In this document: positions 19,641-28,812 of the stretch, in pieces
Layout of the letters: the number at the start of each line of letters is the position of its first letter
Numbering within the stretch: position 1 is the first letter of the stretch
Source: Candidatus Poribacteria bacterium
GTDB lineage: Bacteria > Poribacteria > WGA-4E > WGA-3G
DNA: 64,000 nucleotides
Direction: 5' to 3'
NCBI GenBank assembly: GCA_963665235.2
Contig: CAXXLX010000001.1
Location: forward strand, 2,752,001 to 2,816,000
Translations under genes and position numbers: made by a program
The notes under the pieces: generated by a model
The model's database searches: none
Told to the model about the DNA's origin: nothing
The model's input: only the letters and a program-made list of their open reading frames with translations

Positions 19641-20416
19641 AAACAGAGGGCAGACTTTTAAATATGGGTGTAAACTGCGCAGCGATGAATATGGCAATTG
19701 ATGAAGTAATTCTGAACGCGCAGAAAGCACACCCAAACCCAACGCTGCGGTTTTACGATTGGGCGGCACCGGCGTTCAGTTTCGGCTACTTTCAAGATAT
19801 TGCCACCGAAGTGGACGTGACAGCCTGCCGTGCAGATGGTATCGAATTGGTCAAACGTATGACCGGCGGTGGGACCGTCGTGCATGGATGGGATATGACC
19901 TATACGCTCATTCTTCCGCGTAGTGCTGGAGAGATGAGCATCTCTGACCTGTATCAATGCCTTGGACAAAGTCTCGTCAAAGCGTTTAGCAAGCTTGGCC
20001 TCACTGCCCAGTGTTATGCCGCGTCCACCGATTCCTCACAAACTGCCCAGAATATCTGCCTGACGAACCCTGCTAAACATGATGTGATGTGCCATGAGAA
20101 AAAATTGGCGGGGGTTTCTGTCAGACGCACTCGAAAAGGCATCATGTTTCAAGGATATATCTCCCTGAATATGCCTCCGCTGTCAATCCTTGCGCGTGTC
20201 TCAAAATCCCCTGATGTTCAGCAGCTGCTACGCCACAAATCAACAGCTATCAATACAGAGACGCGTGCTGTAACGAGAGGCGCGCTCATTCAGGCTATCT
20301 GTGACACGTTTGAAGTCGGAATCGCGTTCAATTTCGCGGAACTATCGTCGACAGAGCGGACGCTAGCAGAGGCGTTGGCGAAAACTAAGTATGCTACAGC
20401 GGATTGGAATTTCTGA
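19637..20416 (+). CDS. Lipoate-protein ligase A family (BPL/LPL) protein
   Basis: 'NMAIDE', 'PTLRFY.W', 'S.GYFQ', 'VKRMTGGG.V.H', 'KKLAG'. Confidence 0.9.
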   Translation: MKTEGRLLNMGVNCAAMNMAIDEVILNAQKAHPNPTLRFYDWAAPAFSFGYFQDIATEVDVTACRADGIELVKRMTGGGTVVHGWDMTYTLILPRSAGEMSISDLYQCLGQSLVKAFSKLGLTAQCYAASTDSSQTAQNICLTNPAKHDVMCHEKKLAGVSVRRTRKGIMFQGYISLNMPPLSILARVSKSPDVQQLLRHKSTAINTETRAVTRGALIQAICDTFEVGIAFNFAELSSTERTLAEALAKTKYATADWNF

Positions 20417-20432
20417 TGGTTTCTATGAACTG

Positions 20433-20550
20433 ATACCATTTTTATTAATGATTCTATCATTACCGGTTGTTAGAAATGAAACGGAGAACGGAAGACACAA
20501 ACTGGAAGTTTATGCTACAATAAAGAGACATTTTCAATTAGAAATGGTAT
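20433..20550 (-). mobile_element. MITE family A, single-unit (118 bp) copy
   Basis: TIR ATACCATTT...AAATGGTAT. Reverse complement of 15601-15826 but with one 27-bp unit. Confidence 0.8.
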
Positions 20551-20573
20551 GACTATTGGAGGCTAACGACATC

Positions 20574-21668
20574 ATGAATCGTGTACGAATAGGTGTTATT
20601 GGGTGTGGTGCAGTTGCGCAGGTGCAACATTTGCCGAACCTTGCGGAATTACATAGAGAATTTGCGGTGACAATCGTCTGTGACCTATCGCCCGGTGCTG
20701 CGGAAGCCGCCGCTCGGCGATTTCGTATTCCCAAATACGTAACAAATTACGCGGAACTGTTGGAAACAGATGTAGAGGCAGTACTGCTTTGCCACAGCGA
20801 CCCGAAAACAGAGGTCGCACTCGCCGCATTTGAAGCCGGTAAACATGTCTTTATTGAAAAACCGGTCTGCTTTTCGCTACAGGAGGTTGAGGCGATGATA
20901 GCAGCACAACGCAAAGCTGGTACCGTCGGCCAAGCAGGATACATGAAGGTCCATGACCCCGCTTTTCAACTTGCCAAGCGGGAAGTGGATACAATGGAGA
21001 ACTACCGGTTCGTTCAAATTAACCATCTACATCCCAACAATAGCTTGCACCTGAGCCAGTTTGACGTGGAAAGGTTCAACGATTTACCCCCAGATGCATT
21101 TAAGTCGGCAGGTGAGGCTCGGAGGGCAGCCCGGGCTGAAGCGATAGGCGATGTATCTGCTGAAGCAGAACGCGCATTTTTTCTACTTTCAGGGAGTATG
21201 ATTCACGACATTTATAGCCTACGGGTAATGCTCGGTTCACCAAGTGAGGTTATAAGTGCTGAAGTATGGTCTGGCGGGCAAGGCGTAAGCATCGTTTTTG
21301 GATATCCAAACGGTGCACGGTGTATCGCAACCTGGGTCGATCTCCCGGACTTGTGGGATTTTAAGGAGACGTTGGAGATTTATGGCGACACCAAACGGGT
21401 GTTAGTGTCGTATCCTACAGGTTTTTCACGCGGAATTCTCTCCGAAGTGACGATATACGGTATAGATGCTGCTGATGGTACGACATATAAGAAATCCCCC
21501 GCGATTGAATGGGAGAGCGCGTTTGTCCGCGAGCTCCGGCATTTCCATGCATGTATAACAGCGGGTGAGACGTGCTATACCTCCCTAGAATCCGCACGAA
21601 AGGATATTGAGCTGATTATTAATATTGTGAAATGCTATGTGGATAAGGTGCCGGTTAAATGCGGCTAG
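20574..21668 (+). CDS. Gfo/Idh/MocA family oxidoreductase
   Basis: 'RIGVIGCGAVA', 'AGKHVFIEKP', 'IHD'. ATG at 20574 with a GGAGG RBS. Confidence 0.9.
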   Translation: MNRVRIGVIGCGAVAQVQHLPNLAELHREFAVTIVCDLSPGAAEAAARRFRIPKYVTNYAELLETDVEAVLLCHSDPKTEVALAAFEAGKHVFIEKPVCFSLQEVEAMIAAQRKAGTVGQAGYMKVHDPAFQLAKREVDTMENYRFVQINHLHPNNSLHLSQFDVERFNDLPPDAFKSAGEARRAARAEAIGDVSAEAERAFFLLSGSMIHDIYSLRVMLGSPSEVISAEVWSGGQGVSIVFGYPNGARCIATWVDLPDLWDFKETLEIYGDTKRVLVSYPTGFSRGILSEVTIYGIDAADGTTYKKSPAIEWESAFVRELRHFHACITAGETCYTSLESARKDIELIINIVKCYVDKVPVKCG

Positions 21669-21677
21669 AGCAGTTAA

Positions 21678-21696
21678 GCGGGCTTTCAAAGCCCGC
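21678..21696. terminator. Hairpin between convergent genes
   Basis: GCGGGCTTT-c-AAAGCCCGC immediately after the Gfo stop. Confidence 0.45.
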
Positions 21697-21707
21697 ATAC
21701 ACTGTTG

Positions 21708-21925
21708 TAACGTGAGTTTGAAAAAAAGTTTTCCCCTAGTATTATGTTTATAGAAGCAGCGGTTACCGCCCCGGCTCTTAGTCCCAGTATTCGGGCAAGC
21801 AGCCCGCTCTTTAAGGACGATATCTTTATAGAAACGTGAGTTTGAAAAAAAGTTTCTTTAGTCCCGTAGGGACGATATCTTTATAGAAGCTAGGGCAAAC
21901 GGACATTTATTATCAAGCTCGCGTT
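21708..21925 (-). mobile_element. MITE family B copy (inverted, internally rearranged)
   Basis: TAACGTGAGTTT...ATTTATTATCAAGCTCGCGTT matches 15835-16023. It has an internal duplicate of AACGTGAGTTTGAAAAAAAGTTT and units TAGTCCCGTAGGGACGATATCTTTATAG. Confidence 0.7.
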
Positions 21926-21962
21926 GTTGTATATAAGAGCAGCACGCTTACAAACGTGTCAA

Positions 21963-22727
21963 TTACCATGCCACCCATCCGCCGTCGACAGCGATGGTCT
22001 GTCCTGTAACCCAATTTGCAGCATCTGACGCTAAGAAGAGCACAGCACCGACAACCTCGTCTACCTCACCGACGCGGCCCATCGGGATACGGCGCACTAC
22101 ATCTTCATAAAATTCTTTCCGTTGCAGGAGCACATCCGCAAGCGGAGTCCGCGTGAACGCTGGCGCGACAGCATTTACAGTGACGTTATGCGGTGCCCAT
22201 TCAACGGCAAGCCCTTTGGTTAACAACACAACGCCGCCCTTGCTACCGGAATAGGCGGTACGCAACGGACCCCCTACCAACCCCATCGTAGAGGAGATAT
22301 TGATAATCTTTCCGCTCTCCCGTTCTATCATCGGTTTGACAAGCGTTTGGGTTAAAAAGAATAACCCTTTGAGGTTCAGGTCATAGATTGCATCCCAATC
22401 CTCTTCGGTTAATTCCAGGGCAGGTTTAGGACGATTGGTACCAGCATTATTAACCAGCACATCCACTCTGCCCCATACATCAATAGCGGCTTGTGCACCG
22501 CGTTCAATATCATCTATATTGCTAACATCAAACACGACCGGCTCCGCTTCACCGCCGTTTGTGCGAATCTCTGCTGCGACCTCTTCAAGGTCAGAAAGCG
22601 TTCGGCTGTTTAGGATAACCTTCGCACCCATCTGCGCAGCAGCGAGCGCGATACCTTTACCGATACCTTTACCGGAACCGGTGACTAACATTACTTTATC
22701 CTTCAATTCAAATCCTGGAAATGCCAT
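21963..22727 (-). CDS. SDR family oxidoreductase (gluconate 5-dehydrogenase/KduD-like)
   Basis: 'VTGSGKGIG', 'LVNNAG', 'YSGSKGG', 'VNAVAP', 'TGQTIAVDGG'. Confidence 0.92.
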   Translation of the reverse strand: MAFPGFELKDKVMLVTGSGKGIGKGIALAAAQMGAKVILNSRTLSDLEEVAAEIRTNGGEAEPVVFDVSNIDDIERGAQAAIDVWGRVDVLVNNAGTNRPKPALELTEEDWDAIYDLNLKGLFFLTQTLVKPMIERESGKIINISSTMGLVGGPLRTAYSGSKGGVVLLTKGLAVEWAPHNVTVNAVAPAFTRTPLADVLLQRKEFYEDVVRRIPMGRVGEVDEVVGAVLFLASDAANWVTGQTIAVDGGWVAW

Positions 22728-22750
22728 AAATTTCCTCCATTTGCCTAAGG

Positions 22751-23584
22751 CTATTTTCTACTTGCTAATTTCAACGTATTTTCTAACAACATTGCACGTG
22801 TCAACGGTCCAACCCCCCCTGGTACCGGTGTAATGAACCCCGCGACCTCCTTGACCTCCTCAAATTTGACATCGCCAACGAGCCGCTCCGACACACTGTT
22901 GATGCCAACGTCAATAACGGTGGCCCCGGGTTTAACCATATCCCCGGTGATGAATTCAGGTTTGCCGACAGCAGCAATCAGAATGTCAGCCGTTTTTGTC
23001 ACGTCGGCGAGTGCTTTTGTGCGTGAATGACAATAGGTGACGGTTGCGTTCCGATTGAGTAGCATCAAACCGACAGGTTTTCCGACAAGTTTGCTTCTGC
23101 CGATACAAACTGCACGTTTCCCTTCAATCGGTTGGCCCGTCAACTCAATCAGACGGATAATCCCGGCTGGGGTGCAAGGCGTTATCCCTTCCCGAGCGAT
23201 GAAAAGATTGCCTAAATTGAGAGGGGTTAGTCCGTCCACATCTTTGTTCGGTGGAATGGCATCAATCACTACCTGCTCATCAATTGTATCTGGCAGCGGC
23301 ATTTGCACCAATATACCGTGTATATCTTGTCGGGCATTTAATGCAGTGATATGCTGAATGAGGACTGCCTGCGTTGTTTCGGTAGCGAGTCGGTGTACTT
23401 CTGAGTGGAAGTGTACCTTTTCACAATCGCGTTGTTTGTGTTTAATATAGAGGGTTGATGCTGGGTCATCGCCGACTTGGATAACAGCGAGGCCAGGGGT
23501 AAACGTGAGCTTTTTCAGTTTGCGTCGAATCTGGCTGCGGATACGTTTCGCGAGTTGGGTACCATTAAGGATTTCGGCTGACAA
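22751..23584 (-). CDS. folD: Bifunctional methylenetetrahydrofolate dehydrogenase/cyclohydrolase
   Basis: 'PGLAVIQVGDDPAS..Y', 'HGILVQMPLP', 'KDVDG', 'PCTPAG', 'GRS..VGKP', 'ITPVPGGVGP.T'. Confidence 0.97.
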   Translation of the reverse strand: MSAEILNGTQLAKRIRSQIRRKLKKLTFTPGLAVIQVGDDPASTLYIKHKQRDCEKVHFHSEVHRLATETTQAVLIQHITALNARQDIHGILVQMPLPDTIDEQVVIDAIPPNKDVDGLTPLNLGNLFIAREGITPCTPAGIIRLIELTGQPIEGKRAVCIGRSKLVGKPVGLMLLNRNATVTYCHSRTKALADVTKTADILIAAVGKPEFITGDMVKPGATVIDVGINSVSERLVGDVKFEEVKEVAGFITPVPGGVGPLTRAMLLENTLKLASRK

Positions 23585-23705
23585 GTGCCCTTCCTCCGAG
23601 TTGTAAAGGGGTTTTGAACAAAATCTTAGTCTTATATGCTATTGTAACATATATCGGGGTTTTTGTCTATTAATTTCAGAATTTTTAGATTGGGTGTGGG
23701 TATCA

Positions 23706-25688
23706 CTATTCAGTCTCAAGCCGTTTGAGACGTTCTTGGAGGAATTGGGTGACGGTGTCGGTGCTGTGAAGACCGAGGGTACCAGCTTCATCTATAACCG
23801 TTTGCATCTGGATAGGGTTATCGTTTAAGAGTTTCTGTGCCTTACGATAATAGGTTTTGGCAGAATCCTTTTCACCCGCCTCCTGGTGCATGACCGCTAA
23901 GTAGATGTGAGCGGCAGCGAACCGAGGTGAACCCTTGCGGTTCTGGATAAACTCCTCGAAAGCAAAACGCGCCTCCGTGTAACGCTGGTCCTCATAGTGG
24001 ACTCTGCCGATGCGGAATTGTGCCCGATCGGCGAAGCTGTCTTTATGACCCCCGGGCAGATATAGCTCGCGTTCAGGATAACCGAGCGTTGTTCTATACG
24101 CTTGCAATGCCTCGTTGAATCGTTCGAGTTTTCTGTAAATTTCCCCCAATTGGAAGTTCGCCATCATAGCGTGCAAAGAGTTTGGATGCTCGGCAATGAC
24201 AGCCTTGTAGGTCTGGAGTGCTGTGTTCGGGGTGTCAAGTTTTTCTGCATAAATAATGCCGGTACGATAGAGTGCCTCCGCTGCGTAAGCGGATTCAGGG
24301 TGTGCCTTGACTAACGCCTTATAGGCATCGACAGCTTTCGGATAATCCTGTAACTCCCGTTCATAGATGGTGCCAATTTGTAGTTGGGCCCTAACCCTTT
24401 CGGCACTATTTGGTGTCTCTTTCTGAATCTGGGTCTGTAAGGTTTGAATAGCTGCCCGGTGTCTAATTGCGTGGTGTTGTGCTGCAGCCCGTTTAGCGTA
24501 TACTGTATTCGGTGCGTTGGCGATTAGGTAACGTATTATTGTTAGTGCCGTAATGTAATCCGCCTTTACGATTGCCTTTTCGAATTTTTCCCATTCAACT
24601 CGAGGCAGCTGTTGCGTAAGCGTATCTATTTTTTCACGAAGCAGGGCGGTTACCTCCGAAACATTTTTATCGTACATCCCAATTTGCCCCAGGTAAGCGG
24701 GGTCAAGGTGTGGAAGATGGACGTGAAGAAAGGTTTTAAAAGCGATAAGGGCTTCACCGTAGTTCCGATTGTGCTCATGGCAGATGCCTGACCAGTAGAA
24801 AACAGCGTGCATATTCCAGAAGTTCGGATATTTCGATGCAAGTGCCTCAAAAACGGTGAGTGCTTCCGTGTAAGCCGCCGCTTTTCGATGCAGATTCGCA
24901 ATCTGAAAAAGTGCCTCTGCAGCAAAATTGCTGGTCGGAAAGTCATCGGCGACCTTCTGATATTCTACAATTGCTAACGACAATTGATTAAGCGCAGTAT
25001 GTCGTAAATGTGCAATACGCCACTGTGCTTCCGGAGCAAGTTTGGCGGTTGGATGCGTCTTAAGCAGGACCTGATACGCCGCAATTGCGCGTTCAGGCTG
25101 ATTGAGTTGTGAGGGGGTTCGATACAGCTCAGCTATCTGGAATTGAGCGACCGCTGCGAGCGGTGTCCCTTTATAGGTGTCAATAATCCGCTCCTGAACC
25201 TGGAGGTTTTCAAGCGCAGTCTGAATGCCTCGAATTTTCTGTAACCCGATTTTATAGGCGAAATGGCTCTCCGGTGCCACGTCGACAAGAGTTTGGTAGG
25301 TTTGAATAGCCTGCTCATATTTCCCCATTCGACTATAGACATCACCGGTTTTAATATAGGCGAGAAAAATTTCCGCGTCTGACAGGGTATCCGCCTGCAT
25401 GCCGATTATTTTTTTATACGCCTTGAGTGCTTCCGGGTACTGCTGTGTATAGTTATAATAGATTTCCCCAAGTTGGTAGTAGCACCAGCTGCGCGTTTCA
25501 ACGTCTTTTTCTTTTACCGATGCGGCGAGTCTTTCCAACTTGTCGACAGCTTCAGGGTACCGGCCCTGCTGGATTAAAGTAGTCACTTCGCTAAGCTGTG
25601 CATGTGCTGTGGAAATTAGGAGTAGTATCAAAAACAGACCGCTCGCTATGCTAAACTGCAGTGGCGAAGCGATTCTCATATTTCCCAT
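23706..25688 (-). CDS. Secreted tetratricopeptide-repeat protein (BamD/YfiO-like repeats)
   Basis: Signal peptide and many TPRs of the '..P.S..A.EA.F..A.IY' type. Confidence 0.9.
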   Translation of the reverse strand: MGNMRIASPLQFSIASGLFLILLLISTAHAQLSEVTTLIQQGRYPEAVDKLERLAASVKEKDVETRSWCYYQLGEIYYNYTQQYPEALKAYKKIIGMQADTLSDAEIFLAYIKTGDVYSRMGKYEQAIQTYQTLVDVAPESHFAYKIGLQKIRGIQTALENLQVQERIIDTYKGTPLAAVAQFQIAELYRTPSQLNQPERAIAAYQVLLKTHPTAKLAPEAQWRIAHLRHTALNQLSLAIVEYQKVADDFPTSNFAAEALFQIANLHRKAAAYTEALTVFEALASKYPNFWNMHAVFYWSGICHEHNRNYGEALIAFKTFLHVHLPHLDPAYLGQIGMYDKNVSEVTALLREKIDTLTQQLPRVEWEKFEKAIVKADYITALTIIRYLIANAPNTVYAKRAAAQHHAIRHRAAIQTLQTQIQKETPNSAERVRAQLQIGTIYERELQDYPKAVDAYKALVKAHPESAYAAEALYRTGIIYAEKLDTPNTALQTYKAVIAEHPNSLHAMMANFQLGEIYRKLERFNEALQAYRTTLGYPERELYLPGGHKDSFADRAQFRIGRVHYEDQRYTEARFAFEEFIQNRKGSPRFAAAHIYLAVMHQEAGEKDSAKTYYRKAQKLLNDNPIQMQTVIDEAGTLGLHSTDTVTQFLQERLKRLETE

Positions 25689-25707
25689 CGTTAACTTCCT
25701 TGGCGGG

Positions 25708-26343
25708 CTAGGGGTTCTCTGTATTTAGGAGTTCCAACTGAACACTCTGTAGATGTTTATTGGCAATTTTTGCCCAGTCCGTACCTTGTGCCTGCTCCTT
25801 AACGCGTTGGAGTTGACTCACAGTCTCCCATTCGTCCGCGTTCCGAAGGTGTCGGGTTCTGAGGACATCCTCCATGCTCCGTTGAATATCTTGCAGTCTA
25901 TACTGTTCCATTCTCGCAGCAGCAGAGTCCGTTTGTCCTAATCGTAACGTTGTCGTGGCACGAAACGGATTACTTACGAGAATTGTAGCGCAAATTGTTG
26001 CGATGATGAGGAAACAGATTGCCGCTGTTTTCGGTACCCGGAACATTGAAAGGACATTCGTGCAGTGCGTCCAAAAGCGTGCCCATAGCGGTGGGGTTTC
26101 AGGCTGCGTAGCCGCCAGACGTTTGTAAAGTTTCATCTCAAGGTCGTGTGCTGCGAAGGTGCGGGGGATTAGGGCACCCTCTGCTTCATCGGCAAGGTGA
26201 AGCACACGTTGAAAGCCGTTGACCTGTACACGACAGGAGGTGCATGTACTGAGATGCTGTTCAAAAACGGCAGCTTGGGGTTGGTCAAGTTCACCAAATA
26301 GATAATCTATCGTTTGTGCTTCAAATTTCTTACAGGCTGGCAT
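25708..26343 (-). CDS. Zinc-binding anti-sigma factor (zf-HC2) with TM helix
   Basis: 'DYLFGEL...FEQHLSTCTSC' (HxxxCxxC), a TM segment, and a position directly after the ECF sigma gene. Confidence 0.85.
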   Translation of the reverse strand: MPACKKFEAQTIDYLFGELDQPQAAVFEQHLSTCTSCRVQVNGFQRVLHLADEAEGALIPRTFAAHDLEMKLYKRLAATQPETPPLWARFWTHCTNVLSMFRVPKTAAICFLIIATICATILVSNPFRATTTLRLGQTDSAAARMEQYRLQDIQRSMEDVLRTRHLRNADEWETVSQLQRVKEQAQGTDWAKIANKHLQSVQLELLNTENP

Positions 26344-26354
26344 GAATTATCCTC

Positions 26355-26936
26355 TTATATCTGGTTATTTTCCAATAATGGACGGAGTAAGGTTTGCAGT
26401 TTATCGATTGCGCGATGGAGATGGATTTTCACGGTGCCTTCAGCTATACCGAGGGCTTCGGCTGCCTCCTTAATCTGTAACCCCTCATATCGAGTTAGCA
26501 TAAAAACAGCTTTCTGCTTCGGGGAAAGTTCGTCGACCGCTTCACGGATGATGCGTCCGCGTTCCTTATCCGCTAACTGTTTTTCGGGATTGCTTGAGAG
26601 GTCTGTTGCGATGAGTTTTGCCTCAATCCCCTCTTCATCGTCCGACAGGTGGACAGGCTGCCGCGCTTTGGCACGGTGATAATCAATAGCACGGTTTGAG
26701 GCAATTGTATAGAGCCAAGTTGAAAACTTTGCCTTCGGTTGCCACGTAGGCAGCGCACGGTATGCCTTAACAAAGACATCCAGCGTTAACTCTTCGGCAT
26801 CTTCGTGGTTTCTTACAGACCGCAGAAGATATCCAAAGATTCGGCGTTGATAACGTTTAAACAACTCATCAAACGCACTTTGGCGACCCGATTGGAAATG
26901 GGCAACGAGCATTTCATCGTCAATCAATTTATCCAT
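26355..26936 (-). CDS. ECF RNA polymerase sigma factor
   Basis: 'AFDELFKRYQ', 'DAEELT.DVFVKAY', 'FSTWLY.IA.N..ID', 'LGIAEGTVK.HLHRA'. Probable ATG at 26936. Confidence 0.93.
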   Translation of the reverse strand: MDKLIDDEMLVAHFQSGRQSAFDELFKRYQRRIFGYLLRSVRNHEDAEELTLDVFVKAYRALPTWQPKAKFSTWLYTIASNRAIDYHRAKARQPVHLSDDEEGIEAKLIATDLSSNPEKQLADKERGRIIREAVDELSPKQKAVFMLTRYEGLQIKEAAEALGIAEGTVKIHLHRAIDKLQTLLRPLLENNQI

Positions 26937-27068
26937 AATTCCCACCTTAGGGGATGTTTGCAAACGAATTTGTTGTTTATAACGTATACCTTTCAATTAA
27001 GTTTACAATATTCCGTACTTTGTGTCAAAATTTTATGTTAGGCGCGGATGTGTAAAATTTTCGGACGT

Positions 27069-27277
27069 TCTTCTGTAGGAGCGTGCTGTGCCCGCGATAC
27101 CCCTCTTCTGTAGGAGTGTGCTGTGCCCGCGATACCCCTCTTCTGTAGGAGCGTGCTGTGCCCGCGATACCCCTCTTCTGTAGGAGCGTGCTGTGCACGC
27201 GATACCCCTCTTCTGTAGGAGCGTGCTGTTCACGCGATACCCCTCTTCTGTAGGAGCGTGCTGTGCACGCGATACCC
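27069..27277 (+). repeat. Tandem array of six 35-bp GTAG-REP-like units
   Basis: TCTTCTGTAGGAGCGTGCTGTGC(C/A)CGCGATACCCC at 27069, 27104, 27139, 27174, 27209 and 27244. No spacers. Confidence 0.92.
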
Positions 27278-27317
27278 TAGACGCTCACAATCCCCTAAAA
27301 AGACTATGTCTCTTAAA

Positions 27318-27420
27318 CTCCGCGTTCTCCGCGTTCTCCGCGCCTTCCGCGATTCTGACAACACACACACAAAATCCACTCTTCCGCTCTTCCACTCTTC
27401 CACTCTTCCATCCTTCCCCC
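27318..27420 (+). repeat. Short 9-bp (CTCCGCGTT) and 8-bp (CCACTCTT) tandem repeats
   Basis: ctccgcgttctccgcgttctccgcgccttccgcg and ccactcttccgctcttccactcttccactcttcc. Confidence 0.65.
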
Positions 27421-27546
27421 TATCATATTTACAAAAACTTTCATGGACGCGATTAAGTGGATTTTTGAGAGGAATTAGTTTATCAAATCTTCGCTTCATG
27501 CTTTAGCTGGGGGATGTAGTAGCGGCGCATGAGTTGAAATTTTAAT

Positions 27547-27575
27547 TTGACTTTTCCTGAAAAATGGGGTATACT
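27547..27575 (+). promoter_or_regulatory. Putative sigma70 promoter upstream of the tnpB remnant
   Basis: TTGACT-17 nt-TATACT. Confidence 0.5.
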
Positions 27576-27658
27576 CTATTTAATGCACTTAGCGGAGAAT
27601 CTATAGACTTCTCCGTCTTTCTAGAGGTAGGTAGCAACTTTTCCGCTGATACCCTTAT

Positions 27659-28680
27659 ATGTATACCACAAAATACAAACTTTTTCGTGCCCCGCGTAAT
27701 CGTAATTCAAGCGTTTAACGTGGGTTGCCCATGATGTTTGTAACTATTTTTTAGGTTGGCAGCGGACGCGCTATTCTCTTGGTCTTGCGTATATGTCGCT
27801 TCCTGAGATGTCGCGTGCCTTTACCGTCCTTAGGAACTCACATCCTGAAGTGTTTTCGCATTGGCGTGAGTTAGACTCTTGGGCGGCGCGTGATATACTG
27901 CGGCGTTTAGACACCGGGTATCAGCGTTTTTTTAAGTGTATTGCGAAGCGTCCGCCTAAGTTTCGTTCATGGCGCAAACCGTATTCATTCACAATGTCCG
28001 CCTCTGGCTATAGTTTCTATGGTGATAGGGTCCGTATAATGGAAAAACAATATCGGTTTAATCTAAGCCGCTCACATTAAGACAGTCACGTTTTCCAGCA
28101 AAGCGTTGGTGACTTCTATATGTGTGTTGTAACAGATGACACGGTATCTGAAATCCTACCTAAACTAGTCCAGGGTATGATTTCGGTATCAAAACGATGT
28201 TCACCTGTTCCGATTCCTATGCGTCCCTGAGTTCTATACCTCTATGGCATTTGTCTGTAGCCCAACGTGCCCATGCTAAGAAAGTAAAGGGTAGCAACAC
28301 CCGTTCCCGCTTAGATGTGGCGCGCAAACATAAAATCTGACAACGATGAGGATCATCACAAACTCGCGAAGCGTCTGTGCATGAACACGATGACCTCTGT
28401 TTTGAGACGTTGACTTTTGAGGGTAGAAACGCATCTGGGGTCGTCAAGTTTCTGATATTGCGCCAGAAAACTCGTTTCATCAAAAGTTGCAACATCAAGC
28501 GGTAAAACCGGTAAAGAGGTTCACTATATTGACCGGAACCGACTTCTAAGACTTGTATGGACAGCGAAAACAGCAGCTGGACTTGTCTGTTCGTCAATGG
28601 TGTTGCACTTGCGCGCAGAAACAATCGGGACGTTAACGCTGCCATAAATATTTTAAAGGTTGGGGCATCAACCATGTCAG
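27659..28680 (+). pseudogene. tnpB: Decayed IS200/IS605-family TnpB (RNA-guided nuclease)
   Basis: Fragments in several frames: 'MYTTKYKLF', 'LRRLDTGYQRFFK..AKRPPKFRS', 'DFGIKTMFTCSD', 'EPTSKTC', 'RDVNAAINILKVGAST'. Multiple stops and frameshifts. Confidence 0.85.
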
Positions 28681-28812
28681 TCTTGCTATTGCGAGCAGCC
28701 CTCGCAGATTCACAAAGTCTATACCCCACAATCCGCACCAGAAGCATGGGATTCACTTTGAGAGGAATTAGCTTTAGCTAATAAGATAAGAAAAAAAACG
28801 GAGGTATTTTCG

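Noticed and set aside
27069-27277. 35-bp repeats as a CRISPR array linked to the nearby TnpB/Cas12-like remnant
   Set aside because: There are no spacers, and the unit has the GTAG-REP hairpin signature.
28217-28756. 179-aa minus-strand ORF
   Set aside because: It is antisense to the tnpB pseudogene and has no recognisable motifs.
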